Shown here one piece after another: positions 31,453 to 40,570 of a stretch of DNA of 64,000 nt. Under the pieces are notes generated by a model. That model was not told where the DNA came from, did not search any database, and saw nothing but the letters and a program-made list of their open reading frames with translations. The stretch comes from Gemmatimonadaceae bacterium (lineage in GTDB: Bacteria > Gemmatimonadota > Gemmatimonadetes > Gemmatimonadales > Gemmatimonadaceae). Position 1 is the stretch's first letter, and each line of letters begins with the position of its first letter. The translations under genes were made by a program, and so were the position numbers. The stretch is taken from contig JANLTI010000202.1 of the NCBI GenBank assembly GCA_031362845.1, positions 11,420 to 75,419 of the forward strand, read 5' to 3'.

Positions 31453-32205
31453 CTAGTAATGGCAGGAGGCGCAATCGTAGCGCGCGCGTCGGCGCTCCGA
31501 GGACGGAGTGGCAATTGCGACGGTCGCCGCGCTGCTGTCGCCGAGTCGTGTCATGGCGACCGGGATCATGCCGGCGCTGGTCGTGTCGATACCGGCGCGG
31601 GTGCCCGGCGTGCCGTACGGCGCGCCGCCCGCGTAGTTCGCCGGGGGCACGGCGTCGAGACCAGCCGCTTTCTGCCCTTCCTTCGGGTCGTAGCCGTTGA
31701 CGTGGCAGTTGATGCACCAGCCCATGTTCAGCGATGCGTACTGGTACACGCGATCCATTTTTTGCACTTCGCCATGGCAGGTCTGACAGGTCACGCCCGC
31801 GTTCACATGCCGCACGTGCGGGAAGTGGACGTAATCCGGCACCTTGTGGATGCGCTCCCACGGCACCGGCTTCTTTTCATTGTAGTACTTGGTCAGCTTC
31901 GCGATCTGCGCCTTGGATGCGGGCGTCGCGCCGAGAACGGCAGTGTGACACCCCATGCAGGTGTTCACCGCGGGCATGCCGACGTCGGATGACTTCGCGG
32001 CGGTGTTGTGACAGTAGAGGCAGTTCATTCCAAGACCGCCGTCCTTCACTGCGCCGGCGTGCTTTGGATGCGGGAAGGCCACCGGCTGGGCGGGGCCACG
32101 GCCCTGCGACGAGGATGCACCACTGTAGGCAGACAGCATGACCGCGCCGACGCCCAGGGCGAGGAGCCCGGGGATCGCGGTCCACTTCCTACGCTTCGTC
32201 ATCAC
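31453..32205 (-). CDS. actA: alternative complex III subunit ActA (pentaheme cytochrome c)
   Basis: Five CXXCH motifs (CLYCH, CMGCH, CQTCH, CINCH, CASCH) and an N-terminal membrane anchor or signal. GTG-ATG start at 32205/32202. Confidence 0.88.
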   Translation of the reverse strand: MMTKRRKWTAIPGLLALGVGAVMLSAYSGASSSQGRGPAQPVAFPHPKHAGAVKDGGLGMNCLYCHNTAAKSSDVGMPAVNTCMGCHTAVLGATPASKAQIAKLTKYYNEKKPVPWERIHKVPDYVHFPHVRHVNAGVTCQTCHGEVQKMDRVYQYASLNMGWCINCHVNGYDPKEGQKAAGLDAVPPANYAGGAPYGTPGTRAGIDTTSAGMIPVAMTRLGDSSAATVAIATPSSERRRARYDCASCHY

Positions 32206-32239
32206 GGTGGGGTGGAGGAAGTACGTGGCGTGAGGTCAC

Positions 32240-32255
32240 GGTGAATGCATTCACC
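32240..32255. promoter_or_regulatory. perfect 16-bp palindrome GGTGAATGCATTCACC upstream of actA (candidate operator)
   Basis: Read directly and self-complementary. It lies 35-50 nt upstream of the actA start codon, in the 182-bp intergenic region. Confidence 0.4.
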
Positions 32256-32387
32256 GATGCGCCGCCGACGAGCAAGTTTGTGCGCACGACGTGCCTGCCG
32301 CAAGGCAACGCGTGCACAATCGCGCACTCGTCACGTCGTCGTGCTGTCATGCGCCGCGCGCAAGCTCTCAAGATGAGGGTATGGCGG

Positions 32388-33164
32388 TCAAGTCGGCGTT
32401 TTCCTGATGGGCGCAAGCGAGCCGGCGTCCGTGATGCGCGCCTCGCGCAGGTCGTCGGGAAGGAGATCGAGGTTGGCGCGCGGATTCTGCGTCAAGCGCA
32501 GGGGCCAATGGGTGCCGTAGACGAATCGGTTCGGCCCCATGGTCCGGAAGAGGTGCGCCAGATGTTCCTCCGGCGGACCCCAGACCCACGCGAAATCCCA
32601 GTGCACGCGCCGCTGCTCGTCGGGCGTGAGTCCCCAGTGCGTCTCCTCGATCAACTCGCGACCGGCACCGATCACGACGAGTTGCCCGTCACTCGCGCGC
32701 GCCAGCGTACGCACGTGGGCGGCGGTGAGGTCCGGGGCGACATCGAGTGCATGGCGTTGTCGAAGATCCTCGAAGCGCACGGTCAGCAGCAGGGGTGCCC
32801 CGACTTCGCCGCATGCGCGCGCGAGCGCGGTCAGTCTCGCGTCATGCGACGCCATCCCCCAGTGCATTGGATACGCTCGGATGCACGCGGCGCCCTGCTC
32901 CACGAGATCGCGGAGCGCGCGCTCCCAACCGGGCCAATCGGGACGGACGACCGGTGCTGGCGCGAGAAGCGCCCGGTGCGGCTCGAGGGCGTCGAGGAGT
33001 GCGGCATTGCCGGGAGCGGGATCCCGATGCCACGCCGACGGGAGGTGGCCCACCCACGCACCCGCGAGACCCTCACGTGCGAGCACGCGCACGAGCACCT
33101 CGGGATCGGGGTGCGGGAGGTGGCGATACGGATAGGGCCCGATATACGCGGCGCAGTCGATCAT
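32388..33164 (-). CDS. amidohydrolase-fold (TIM-barrel) protein lacking the N-terminal HxH motif
   Basis: 258 aa. The overall pattern resembles amidohydrolase_2-type proteins (…HWG…, …GTHWPL…). The N-terminus reads MIDCAAYIG where HxH would be expected. ATGA overlap with the upstream gene. Confidence 0.6.
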   Translation of the reverse strand: MIDCAAYIGPYPYRHLPHPDPEVLVRVLAREGLAGAWVGHLPSAWHRDPAPGNAALLDALEPHRALLAPAPVVRPDWPGWERALRDLVEQGAACIRAYPMHWGMASHDARLTALARACGEVGAPLLLTVRFEDLRQRHALDVAPDLTAAHVRTLARASDGQLVVIGAGRELIEETHWGLTPDEQRRVHWDFAWVWGPPEEHLAHLFRTMGPNRFVYGTHWPLRLTQNPRANLDLLPDDLREARITDAGSLAPIRKTPT

Positions 33165-34021
33165 GCCGCGCTCACCGAGTCATCAGGTGCACAGCGCGGA
33201 AAGGCGGCGGCACCGAACAGCCGCGCGGCGTTGCGCCACGTGATGTCGGCGACGTCGTCAGCGGGAAGACCCAGCACATCGAGGGCTCGCAGCTTCGCGA
33301 GTCCCGTCTCCATCGTCAGGTCGCACGCCCAGAGCAGCCGTCGTGCGCCGAGGCACTCCAGCGCGGCGTCGAGCATGCCGCGATCCACGCCGCTGCCCGA
33401 CAGATCGGGATGGAGGTTCGGGACATCGCGCACCGCCGGGAGCGTGTGGGCCCAGTCACCCCCGCCACCCAGGTGGGCCAGAATGAAAGAGACGCGCGGG
33501 TGACGATTCGCGAGCCGTGCGAGGTCGAGCCCGTCGGAGATCTCCTGATTCGGCCACTCGCGCGTCCGATGCTGCCAGACGTGATGCAGCACGGGCAACT
33601 TCCTCGCGGCCGCTAGCTCGCAGATCGGATCGAGCAGGGGATCATCGGCGCGACGGCTGGCCAGCAGCTTGATGCCGATGGCCCCGAGCGATGCAGCGCG
33701 CTCGATCTCGCTCACGGCGTGCGTCGTGTGATTGGGATTCACGGTGACGTACCACCGCAGGCGAGTGGGGTCGCCCGCGGCGAGCGTCGCCATGGCGTCG
33801 TTGCCCCGCGTCGCGTCGGCAGGCGAGGGAAAGTAGGTCGGCGACGTGTGGCCGTAGCTGCCGAGGATGCTCGCGACGTGATACGTGATGCCGATGCGAT
33901 CGCCGGCGCGCAGGCGAGCCGCATTGATTCGCTCCCAGTCGGTGCGTCCCGCCGCCGCATGATAGAAGTGCGCGTGGACGTCGACGAGCGGACCGCGGCC
34001 GGCCAGGGGGGCGTCCGGCAT
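33161..34021 (-). CDS. amidohydrolase family 2 (ACMSD-like metal-dependent hydrolase)
   Basis: LVDVHAHFYH (HxH), LPVLHHVW, ILAHLGGGG, LLWACDL (Asp), in the order expected for PF04909-type enzymes. Confidence 0.8.
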   Translation of the reverse strand: MPDAPLAGRGPLVDVHAHFYHAAAGRTDWERINAARLRAGDRIGITYHVASILGSYGHTSPTYFPSPADATRGNDAMATLAAGDPTRLRWYVTVNPNHTTHAVSEIERAASLGAIGIKLLASRRADDPLLDPICELAAARKLPVLHHVWQHRTREWPNQEISDGLDLARLANRHPRVSFILAHLGGGGDWAHTLPAVRDVPNLHPDLSGSGVDRGMLDAALECLGARRLLWACDLTMETGLAKLRALDVLGLPADDVADITWRNAARLFGAAAFPRCAPDDSVSAA

Positions 34022-35343
34022 CAGGCCTCGTCTTCCAGCAGCGACACGAGCGCGGCACTCGCCGCCGCCTCGATGACGCGCAGCGCCTCATCGTCGTGTG
34101 CGACGGCAGCAAAGTTGTACGCGCCGCGCTTGAACAGGACGCCCGCGTGCATGGCATGCATGAGGAATCTCGATTCGCGCGCGGGGTCGTCCCATCGCAT
34201 CAGCCACATCGGATCGACGCCGAGTGTGTGCACACCCTGGACACCACTGGCCTCGATCGCGCGGTCGACGGCGGCTCGCATTTCACGGCCGGTCTCGGCG
34301 AGCGTCGCGGCGATGTCGGCTTCGTCGTGCCAGTCGAGCACGGCGAGCGAGGCGGCGAGGGCGACCGATTCGCTGGCGAGCGTGGACGAGATCCATGTCA
34401 CGCGGGCGGCATCCATCAGGGCTTGCCGCCCCACCACGGCGGCGAGGGGATAGCCGTTCGCCATCGCCTTGCCGAAGGACGCGAGGTCAGGGGTGATGCC
34501 ACACACCTCCTGATACCCGCCGGGGGCGACGCGAAAGCCGGTCTTCACCTCGTCGAACACGAGCGCGGCGCCAGTGGCGTCGCACAGGGCGCGTGCGCGC
34601 GCCAGCCACGCGACGGAGGGAGTGCGCTCGACGATCGGCTCGATCACGATCGCCGCGAGCGCATTTCCGGCGGCGCTGACCGCCTGCTCCAGCGCATCGA
34701 CGTCATCGAACGGGACGCGCGTCGTGTCCCGCCGAGTCGCCGCCGGTACACCCGCCGCGTCGTTGCTCCAGTCGTGCCACCCGAAGTACCCCGACGCCAC
34801 AACGTGCTCCCGCCCGGTGTACGTACGCGCGAGGCGTATTGCCGCCGACGTTGCTTCTGCGCCGGTCTTGAGTAGTTGCGCACGTTCGGCGCACGGAATC
34901 AGCGCGCAGAGCCGCTCGGCCAGTTCGACCTCGCGCCAACTCGACAATGCCGAGACGCTGCCCTGGGATGCGGCGTCGATGACGGCACGAGTTACCCTGG
35001 GTTCAGTGTATCCGAGCGCAACGGCACCGAGCGCCATGGTGCAGTCGAGGTAACGCTCGCCGGTGACGGAAGTGAGATGGCAGCCCCGCGCGTCCACGAA
35101 GTGGGTCGGTCCGTCCGCGTCGAGTGACCCGTACAACGCTTCGGCGCGCTTGCTCCCCGTGGACGCTCCCGTGGGCAGCACCGCCTCCGCACGCTCGCGC
35201 CAGGTTCGTGCGGGTGCTGCCTCCGGCGCGTCGTCAGTGTCTTCGTCCGCCGTGGTCTCCGACGAAGTGCCCGTCCCGGGTTCGTCGACGGCCGGCGCCG
35301 ATGCGACGTCTCGACCGCGGCCGAAAAATCCCTTGAATGCCAT
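34021..35343 (-). CDS. class III (GSA-aminomutase-like) PLP-dependent aminotransferase
   Basis: 440 aa. LVFDEVKTGFR, then the PLP-Lys context ASFGKAMANGYPLAAV. The N-terminal about 45 aa are acidic and low-complexity. Confidence 0.87.
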   Translation of the reverse strand: MAFKGFFGRGRDVASAPAVDEPGTGTSSETTADEDTDDAPEAAPARTWRERAEAVLPTGASTGSKRAEALYGSLDADGPTHFVDARGCHLTSVTGERYLDCTMALGAVALGYTEPRVTRAVIDAASQGSVSALSSWREVELAERLCALIPCAERAQLLKTGAEATSAAIRLARTYTGREHVVASGYFGWHDWSNDAAGVPAATRRDTTRVPFDDVDALEQAVSAAGNALAAIVIEPIVERTPSVAWLARARALCDATGAALVFDEVKTGFRVAPGGYQEVCGITPDLASFGKAMANGYPLAAVVGRQALMDAARVTWISSTLASESVALAASLAVLDWHDEADIAATLAETGREMRAAVDRAIEASGVQGVHTLGVDPMWLMRWDDPARESRFLMHAMHAGVLFKRGAYNFAAVAHDDEALRVIEAAASAALVSLLEDEA

Positions 35344-35374
35344 GCAACAAAGAGCGCCCGCGCGAGGCGGCGCG

Positions 35375-36202
35375 TCAATCCTCCGTGCGGCCGCTCGTGT
35401 CCCGGCCCGTCACGTGACGAGGCGGGCGCGGCGACACGTCATCGGGCAGCGTGCGCTCGATGCGCCCGGTCCGCTCGAGGAAGCGCACGACCTCGAGTGC
35501 CATCGCGCGCAGAAGCGACAGCTCCCGATCGTCCGGTGCCGCCCGGAAGGTGATGGCCCGGAGCGAGCGCATGATGTGCTCCGGAAAGCGAGTCTTGAAG
35601 AACTGGATCGCATCGAGCGCGTGATGCAGCTCGGTGAAGTATCGCTCGTACAGATCCGTCGTCGGCGGCGGCGCTTCCTTGCGAGGTCCGCGCAGCGTGC
35701 GCGTCGCGTCTCCCGCGGCCAGGTGCAGCTCGTACAGCGCAATGAGCACGGCCTGCGCGAGGTTCAGGGATGCGTGCGTCGTGGTGGGGATGTTGACCGC
35801 CGCGTGCACACGATCGAGAATCTCGTTCGGCAGGCCGCTGTCCTCGCGACCGAAGACGAGTCCCACCCGCCCGTGCGGGGCATGCCCGAGCGCGTCCTCC
35901 GCCGCCGACCTGGGATCGAGAATCTGCCACTTCGCCTTGCGGCGGCGCGCCGTGAATCCGATGAGGCGCACGCAGTCCGCGACCGCGTCGTCGAACTCGC
36001 CGAACGTCTCGATCGAGTTGATGATCTCCCACGTGTCGTGGGCGATGCCCTCCAGTCGCACCGGGTCGTACCGCACCGGCCGAACGAGGCGGAGGGTGGA
36101 CACGCCCATGTTCTTCATGGCGCGGACGGTGCCGGCGATATTCACCGGATCCTGCGGCTCGTAAAGCACGACCGCGATCCGGGCAAGACTGGAATCAGAC
36201 AT
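35375..36202 (-). CDS. SpoU/TrmH-family RNA 2'-O-methyltransferase (TrmJ-like)
   Basis: Start at MSDSSLARIAVVLYEPQDPVNIAGTVRAMKNMG. SPOUT knot motifs LVFGREDSGLP and NIPTTTHASLNLAQAV. Confidence 0.84.
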   Translation of the reverse strand: MSDSSLARIAVVLYEPQDPVNIAGTVRAMKNMGVSTLRLVRPVRYDPVRLEGIAHDTWEIINSIETFGEFDDAVADCVRLIGFTARRRKAKWQILDPRSAAEDALGHAPHGRVGLVFGREDSGLPNEILDRVHAAVNIPTTTHASLNLAQAVLIALYELHLAAGDATRTLRGPRKEAPPPTTDLYERYFTELHHALDAIQFFKTRFPEHIMRSLRAITFRAAPDDRELSLLRAMALEVVRFLERTGRIERTLPDDVSPRPPRHVTGRDTSGRTED

Positions 36203-38927
36203 CGGGCACGAGGAATCGGACGAGGCGCTGCGGATCGTGGCGGTCTCCACGAAGATAGACGAATTCTCCGTCGGCGCCGGAGAGCACGAGCTGGCCACGC
36301 CGCCGGCGGCGTCCGGGCGCGATCTCGTTGACGATGACGTCGAGCGACATCACGCCACCGACCGCGGGCAGGTCGATGCGCGCATCGAGTGCATAGCCGG
36401 TCGGTGTTGCGCGCCACGTCGCGTCGACCGCGAGCCCCGACCAGCCAGCGATGGGCAGTGCCGTGACGCCACCGTCGTCACGGGGCACGAGAATCCATGC
36501 CCCCGCCGAACCGCCACACGCCAGATATAGTTGCACGCCGTCGCCGTTGATCGCGGCGGGCTCGTTGTCCAGCGCGTTCACGTCGTCCGGCGGCACGAAC
36601 AGGCGGTGCGATGGTTCGACGAGCACGGCAATCGACACGGTTCGTCCCTCGCTCACCGAGATGGCCACCTCGGCGAGCGGTTCACCGGCAGCGTGCCAGC
36701 TGTCTTCCGACCGCCGATAGTGGCGTTCGCCGAGACGAAATGTCGCGGGGAGCACGGCAGGCGCGAGCGCCGGCTGCTTCGCTGCCGGTCCCGTTCCGAC
36801 GGCACCATGCGTACGCGGATTCGTCGCAAAGCCCGACAATAGTTCGGTCGTTCGCACATCGGCGCGCTGACAATCGATGCGCCAGCCGCCCGTCACGACG
36901 ACATGCGTGTCGCGACCGCCATCCTGACGATGCACGACGAGCTCCTCACCCTTCATCTCCACGTCGGACACCGCATCGCGCCAGGTCCACACCGACAGCA
37001 CGCCTCCGCGCATGCCCCGATGCCGTGCGAGGAGCATGGGCACGCTCCCCTGCCGACCGGGCGCATCGGGCGCGTCGGCGCTCCACCAGCTGGCGCCCGC
37101 CTCACAGCGGATCCATCCGCGCAGCTGCGCCGTCCCCGAGGTCGTGCGTCGAGATCCGAGCGCGCGCGCGAAGGGCGTCGCCACAGACTCGAGACGTGCG
37201 CCGTTCGTGAGAAAAAAGAACCCATCCTCCACGTCATCGCCGCCGAGGAGGGGTGCCGCGGTCCGCATGAGCGGATGGTCGCTCGCATCCACGAGGTCCA
37301 CCCCATGCAGCGGCAACGCAACGTCGTGCTCGTGCGCGCCATCCCACTGCAGCAGGTCTACGAGATAGTCGTCCAGCACCACCAGCGAGCGGCGCAGTTG
37401 TAGGGCGGGTGCGAGCTCGACGTCGGCGCAGACCCAGCTCGCCCGAGACCGATGGTCGAACGCGACGAGCGAGCCATGCGTGCGCGGCTGCGAGCGGCCA
37501 TCCACGAGGGGTGCCGTGTGCGCCAGGGTGCTTCGATACCAATGGAGCGATCGATCGACGTACGACCCCGTGCCGGGATCGTCGAACCAGCGCGTGTCAC
37601 CGTCCATCAGCAGCACGTTGAGCCGATCGGGGTGTCCATGACCGCCGCCCGAATGCCCGTAGTCGAGTGCCGCGTACACCGTTCCGCGTTCGCGCCGCAG
37701 CACGGCGAACCCCTGCGAGGGCAGGAGTTCCGAGCCGAGCGCCTGTGCGACGAGCGGAGGCAGCGTCTCGCGGCCGAGGAGCAGCGTGCGCCACGACAGA
37801 TCGGCGCGTGTCAGCCCGGTGGCCGGCAGGTTGCGCTCGACGTCGGCCGTTGAGCTCGCGCGGCCGGTATCACCACGCGGCACGAGTGGATCGTACAAGC
37901 GCCCGAGCCAACCGGTGAGGCGCGCATCGTTGCCAGCGACAAGTCCGAGCTCGCACGATTCGGCGAAGCGTGGCTGACGAATGCTGACCGCGTACTGTGA
38001 GTCCCGTCGTGATGGGTAGGTGAGATCGGGGAGCACGGTGCGAAACGGCGCCGCAAATCCCTCGTCGAATCGCGCGCGAAGCAGCGGCGGGACGGGGTAC
38101 CCGGCCCGCTCGGAAAGCTGTACGCCGTACCAGAGTCCGCGGTGCGCGAAGAGGTGGTAGTTCTCGCCCTCGTACCAGCTTCCATCCGCCAGCAGTGCGT
38201 CGCTCAGGTGCGCGTGCAGGCCGCCCGGCCCGGACACCGCTCGCTCCGCCATGCCGGGCTCACCGAGCATCCGGCTCGCCGCGATCATTGCCGCGTTGTT
38301 CCAAACCTGTCGGTTGGACGATCCCTCGTCGAACGACGCGATCAATGCGGCGCTCGGCACGATGAGTCGATCCCGTACGCGACCGCCGAGGGCTCGTGTG
38401 CTACCCGCGGGCGCGGCTTGCTCGAGCAGATCGAGGGCGATGATGAGCTGGAGCAGCCAGATCGATTCGAGATACGTGCTGAAGAAGGGACGCGATGGTC
38501 CGAGCACGTTGTCCTGATTGGGATAGGCGAGATAGCGCTCAGTGTAGGCATCGAGCAGATCACTCGCGAGCGCGATGCAGGCCGCGTCATCCAGCAGCGT
38601 TCCCAGAAGCGCGGCATGGATGGCACGTTCCGCGAGCCAGAGGTGATGCCAGTACAGGCGAAAGCGATCGTGCTCGATGCCGACTTCTTCGCGTCCGCAC
38701 CGCGCGCAGCGGTGTCGTGCGTCGAATGGATCGTAGGCAAGCAGCGTCCCGTCGCGCGCGCAGCGTCCACCGGCGCGGGACAGGAGTGCCGATTCCGCGG
38801 GCACGGCGTGACTGCCGTCGATGAGCGGCTGCAGCTCGCGTCGCAATCCCTGCGCGAGTGGCGAGAGCGCACCCAGCGCGATGCGACGCCGCTCGCCGAG
38901 CTCGGAGGCGGGAATGAGCAGGGTCAC
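36195..38927 (-). CDS. heparinase II/III-like (polysaccharide-lyase-fold) protein, no signal peptide
   Basis: Start at GTG 38927 (GTGA overlap with the SBP stop, tcac 38924-38927). Motifs SNRQVWNNAA, WYEGENYHLF, GHSGGGHGHPDRLN, WYRSTLAHTAPLVDG. Cys4-like segment CARDG...HRCARCG near the N-terminus. Confidence 0.78.
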   Translation of the reverse strand: MTLLIPASELGERRRIALGALSPLAQGLRRELQPLIDGSHAVPAESALLSRAGGRCARDGTLLAYDPFDARHRCARCGREEVGIEHDRFRLYWHHLWLAERAIHAALLGTLLDDAACIALASDLLDAYTERYLAYPNQDNVLGPSRPFFSTYLESIWLLQLIIALDLLEQAAPAGSTRALGGRVRDRLIVPSAALIASFDEGSSNRQVWNNAAMIAASRMLGEPGMAERAVSGPGGLHAHLSDALLADGSWYEGENYHLFAHRGLWYGVQLSERAGYPVPPLLRARFDEGFAAPFRTVLPDLTYPSRRDSQYAVSIRQPRFAESCELGLVAGNDARLTGWLGRLYDPLVPRGDTGRASSTADVERNLPATGLTRADLSWRTLLLGRETLPPLVAQALGSELLPSQGFAVLRRERGTVYAALDYGHSGGGHGHPDRLNVLLMDGDTRWFDDPGTGSYVDRSLHWYRSTLAHTAPLVDGRSQPRTHGSLVAFDHRSRASWVCADVELAPALQLRRSLVVLDDYLVDLLQWDGAHEHDVALPLHGVDLVDASDHPLMRTAAPLLGGDDVEDGFFFLTNGARLESVATPFARALGSRRTTSGTAQLRGWIRCEAGASWWSADAPDAPGRQGSVPMLLARHRGMRGGVLSVWTWRDAVSDVEMKGEELVVHRQDGGRDTHVVVTGGWRIDCQRADVRTTELLSGFATNPRTHGAVGTGPAAKQPALAPAVLPATFRLGERHYRRSEDSWHAAGEPLAEVAISVSEGRTVSIAVLVEPSHRLFVPPDDVNALDNEPAAINGDGVQLYLACGGSAGAWILVPRDDGGVTALPIAGWSGLAVDATWRATPTGYALDARIDLPAVGGVMSLDVIVNEIAPGRRRRRGQLVLSGADGEFVYLRGDRHDPQRLVRFLVPDV

Positions 38928-40516
38928 GGTGAAGCCGCAACGCGCGGCGCGATCGACCAGCCGTGCACGCCCGCGAGCTCGCCTCGCAGGTCCATCGTCA
39001 CGCCATCGACACGGCGTGAGACGCCCTGCACGCCACGCGAGTGATAGAGCCACGTGGCGGGCGCCAGCGAGTCGAGGCGCTCCTGCACCCGCGTCCACGC
39101 CACGCGGGAAGGCGCTCCCATCGCCGCGTCATTGGCCTGGGCGAGTAACGTATCGAGCGCGGGGTCGTGGAAGCCCGTGTAGTCGAGCATCCCCCCACGC
39201 TGCGCCGACGCGAACAGCGCACTCACGTACGAGAGCGCGAGATCGCCCGGCACGCCGGCAAGCAGGAGATCGAATCGCTTCTCGGCGGCACGGGCGGTGG
39301 TGAGGAAGCTGCCCATCTCGGTCTGACGCACCCGGAGCGCGAAGCCGCGCGCCGCGAGATCAGCCTGCACGAGCTGCTCGGCAACGTTATCGCCGCTTCC
39401 CACGGACAACAACTCGACCTCCAACCGGCGGCCGCGTCGGATGCGCACACCGTCTGAGCCACGCCGCCATCCCGCGTCGTCCAGCAGGCGGTCCGCCGCG
39501 ATGGAATCCTTCCCTGCTCCGCCGCGCCATGCCAAGGGACTGTCGGGTGGCACCGCGCTCGTGGATGCTCGCCCAAAACCCGCGAGCGCGATCTGCACGA
39601 TGCGGGTGCGATCGAGAGAGCGAGCGACGGCGCGGCGCACACGCGCGTCGTCGAACGGCGGTCTCGTCGTGTTGAAGAACAGCGCCGTGCCGAAGAGCAC
39701 CGGATAGTCGATGACACGCAGCGTGCCGTCTCGTTCGGCGAGCGCGGCCATGCCAGGTGCGATGCCCGCCATGTCGAGCTCCCCGCTCGCGAGCCCAGCG
39801 AACTTGGTGGTCGCCTCGTCCACCACCGCGATGACGAGGCCGCGCAGATGCGGCGGCCCACCGAGCGAGCGCGGAAAGAAGTCGTTGCGGGCGAAAGTCC
39901 ATCGCGCGCCACGCTGTCGGCCGACGAATCGGAATGGCCCGTTGCCGACCGGCGCATCGTTGAACGCGGCGCGGCGCATACGCGAGCGCGGGACCGAGGC
40001 GAGCAGGTGTCGCGGAACGAGCGGCAGCTCCGCGAGCAGCGCCGGCAGTTGCACCAACGCGCGCCGATAGCGCAGCACCAGCGTGGAATCGTCGAGGGCG
40101 ACGGCGGTGTCGAGCGCGGCCAGCTCAGCGGCGCGTGCGAACCCCGTGGCCGGATCCTTCGCCGCGAGCAGGGTGAAGGCGGCGTCGCGCGCGGTCGTCG
40201 GTGCGCCATCGTGCCATCGCAGGTCGGCGGCGAGCGACAGCGTGAGGGTGCGTCGATCGGGGGACCACACCCAGCGACGCGCGAGGTACGGCTGCGGCAC
40301 GAGCGCCGAGTCATATCGCACCAGCGTGACGAGCAGCGCGTAGCGCTGCACCTGCTTCGATAGCGGATGCGTGGTGACCAACGGGTTCGCCGACTCGAGA
40401 TCGGCGCCGGACGCGAGCACGACGAGGTCCTCGGGTCGCTGCGGCGCGATGCAGCCGGCGGCGCACGCCAGTGCGACGCACGCCGTTGACGTGATCCGCC
40501 GCCGATGCGATATCAC
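38924..40516 (-). CDS. ABC transporter substrate-binding protein, family 5 (peptide/oligosaccharide/nickel type), lipoprotein
   Basis: Start at GVISHRRRITSTACVALACAAGC (GTG 40516, lipobox). Length and pattern match OppA/DppA-like SBPs. The upstream 78 ORF codons overlap the divergent permease gene. Confidence 0.84.
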   Translation of the reverse strand: MISHRRRITSTACVALACAAGCIAPQRPEDLVVLASGADLESANPLVTTHPLSKQVQRYALLVTLVRYDSALVPQPYLARRWVWSPDRRTLTLSLAADLRWHDGAPTTARDAAFTLLAAKDPATGFARAAELAALDTAVALDDSTLVLRYRRALVQLPALLAELPLVPRHLLASVPRSRMRRAAFNDAPVGNGPFRFVGRQRGARWTFARNDFFPRSLGGPPHLRGLVIAVVDEATTKFAGLASGELDMAGIAPGMAALAERDGTLRVIDYPVLFGTALFFNTTRPPFDDARVRRAVARSLDRTRIVQIALAGFGRASTSAVPPDSPLAWRGGAGKDSIAADRLLDDAGWRRGSDGVRIRRGRRLEVELLSVGSGDNVAEQLVQADLAARGFALRVRQTEMGSFLTTARAAEKRFDLLLAGVPGDLALSYVSALFASAQRGGMLDYTGFHDPALDTLLAQANDAAMGAPSRVAWTRVQERLDSLAPATWLYHSRGVQGVSRRVDGVTMDLRGELAGVHGWSIAPRVAASP

Positions 40517-40570
40517 GCCGTGCTCTCTCCACGCGCTCGATCCCTCGGCGTCCACGGCTGGACACGGGTC

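Noticed and set aside
29178-31700. 840-aa plus-strand ORF, plus similar ones at 26725..28284 and 28200..29132.
   Set aside because: They run antisense to actA, actB and actC, which have strong heme, Fe-S and Tat signatures. They are shadow ORFs.
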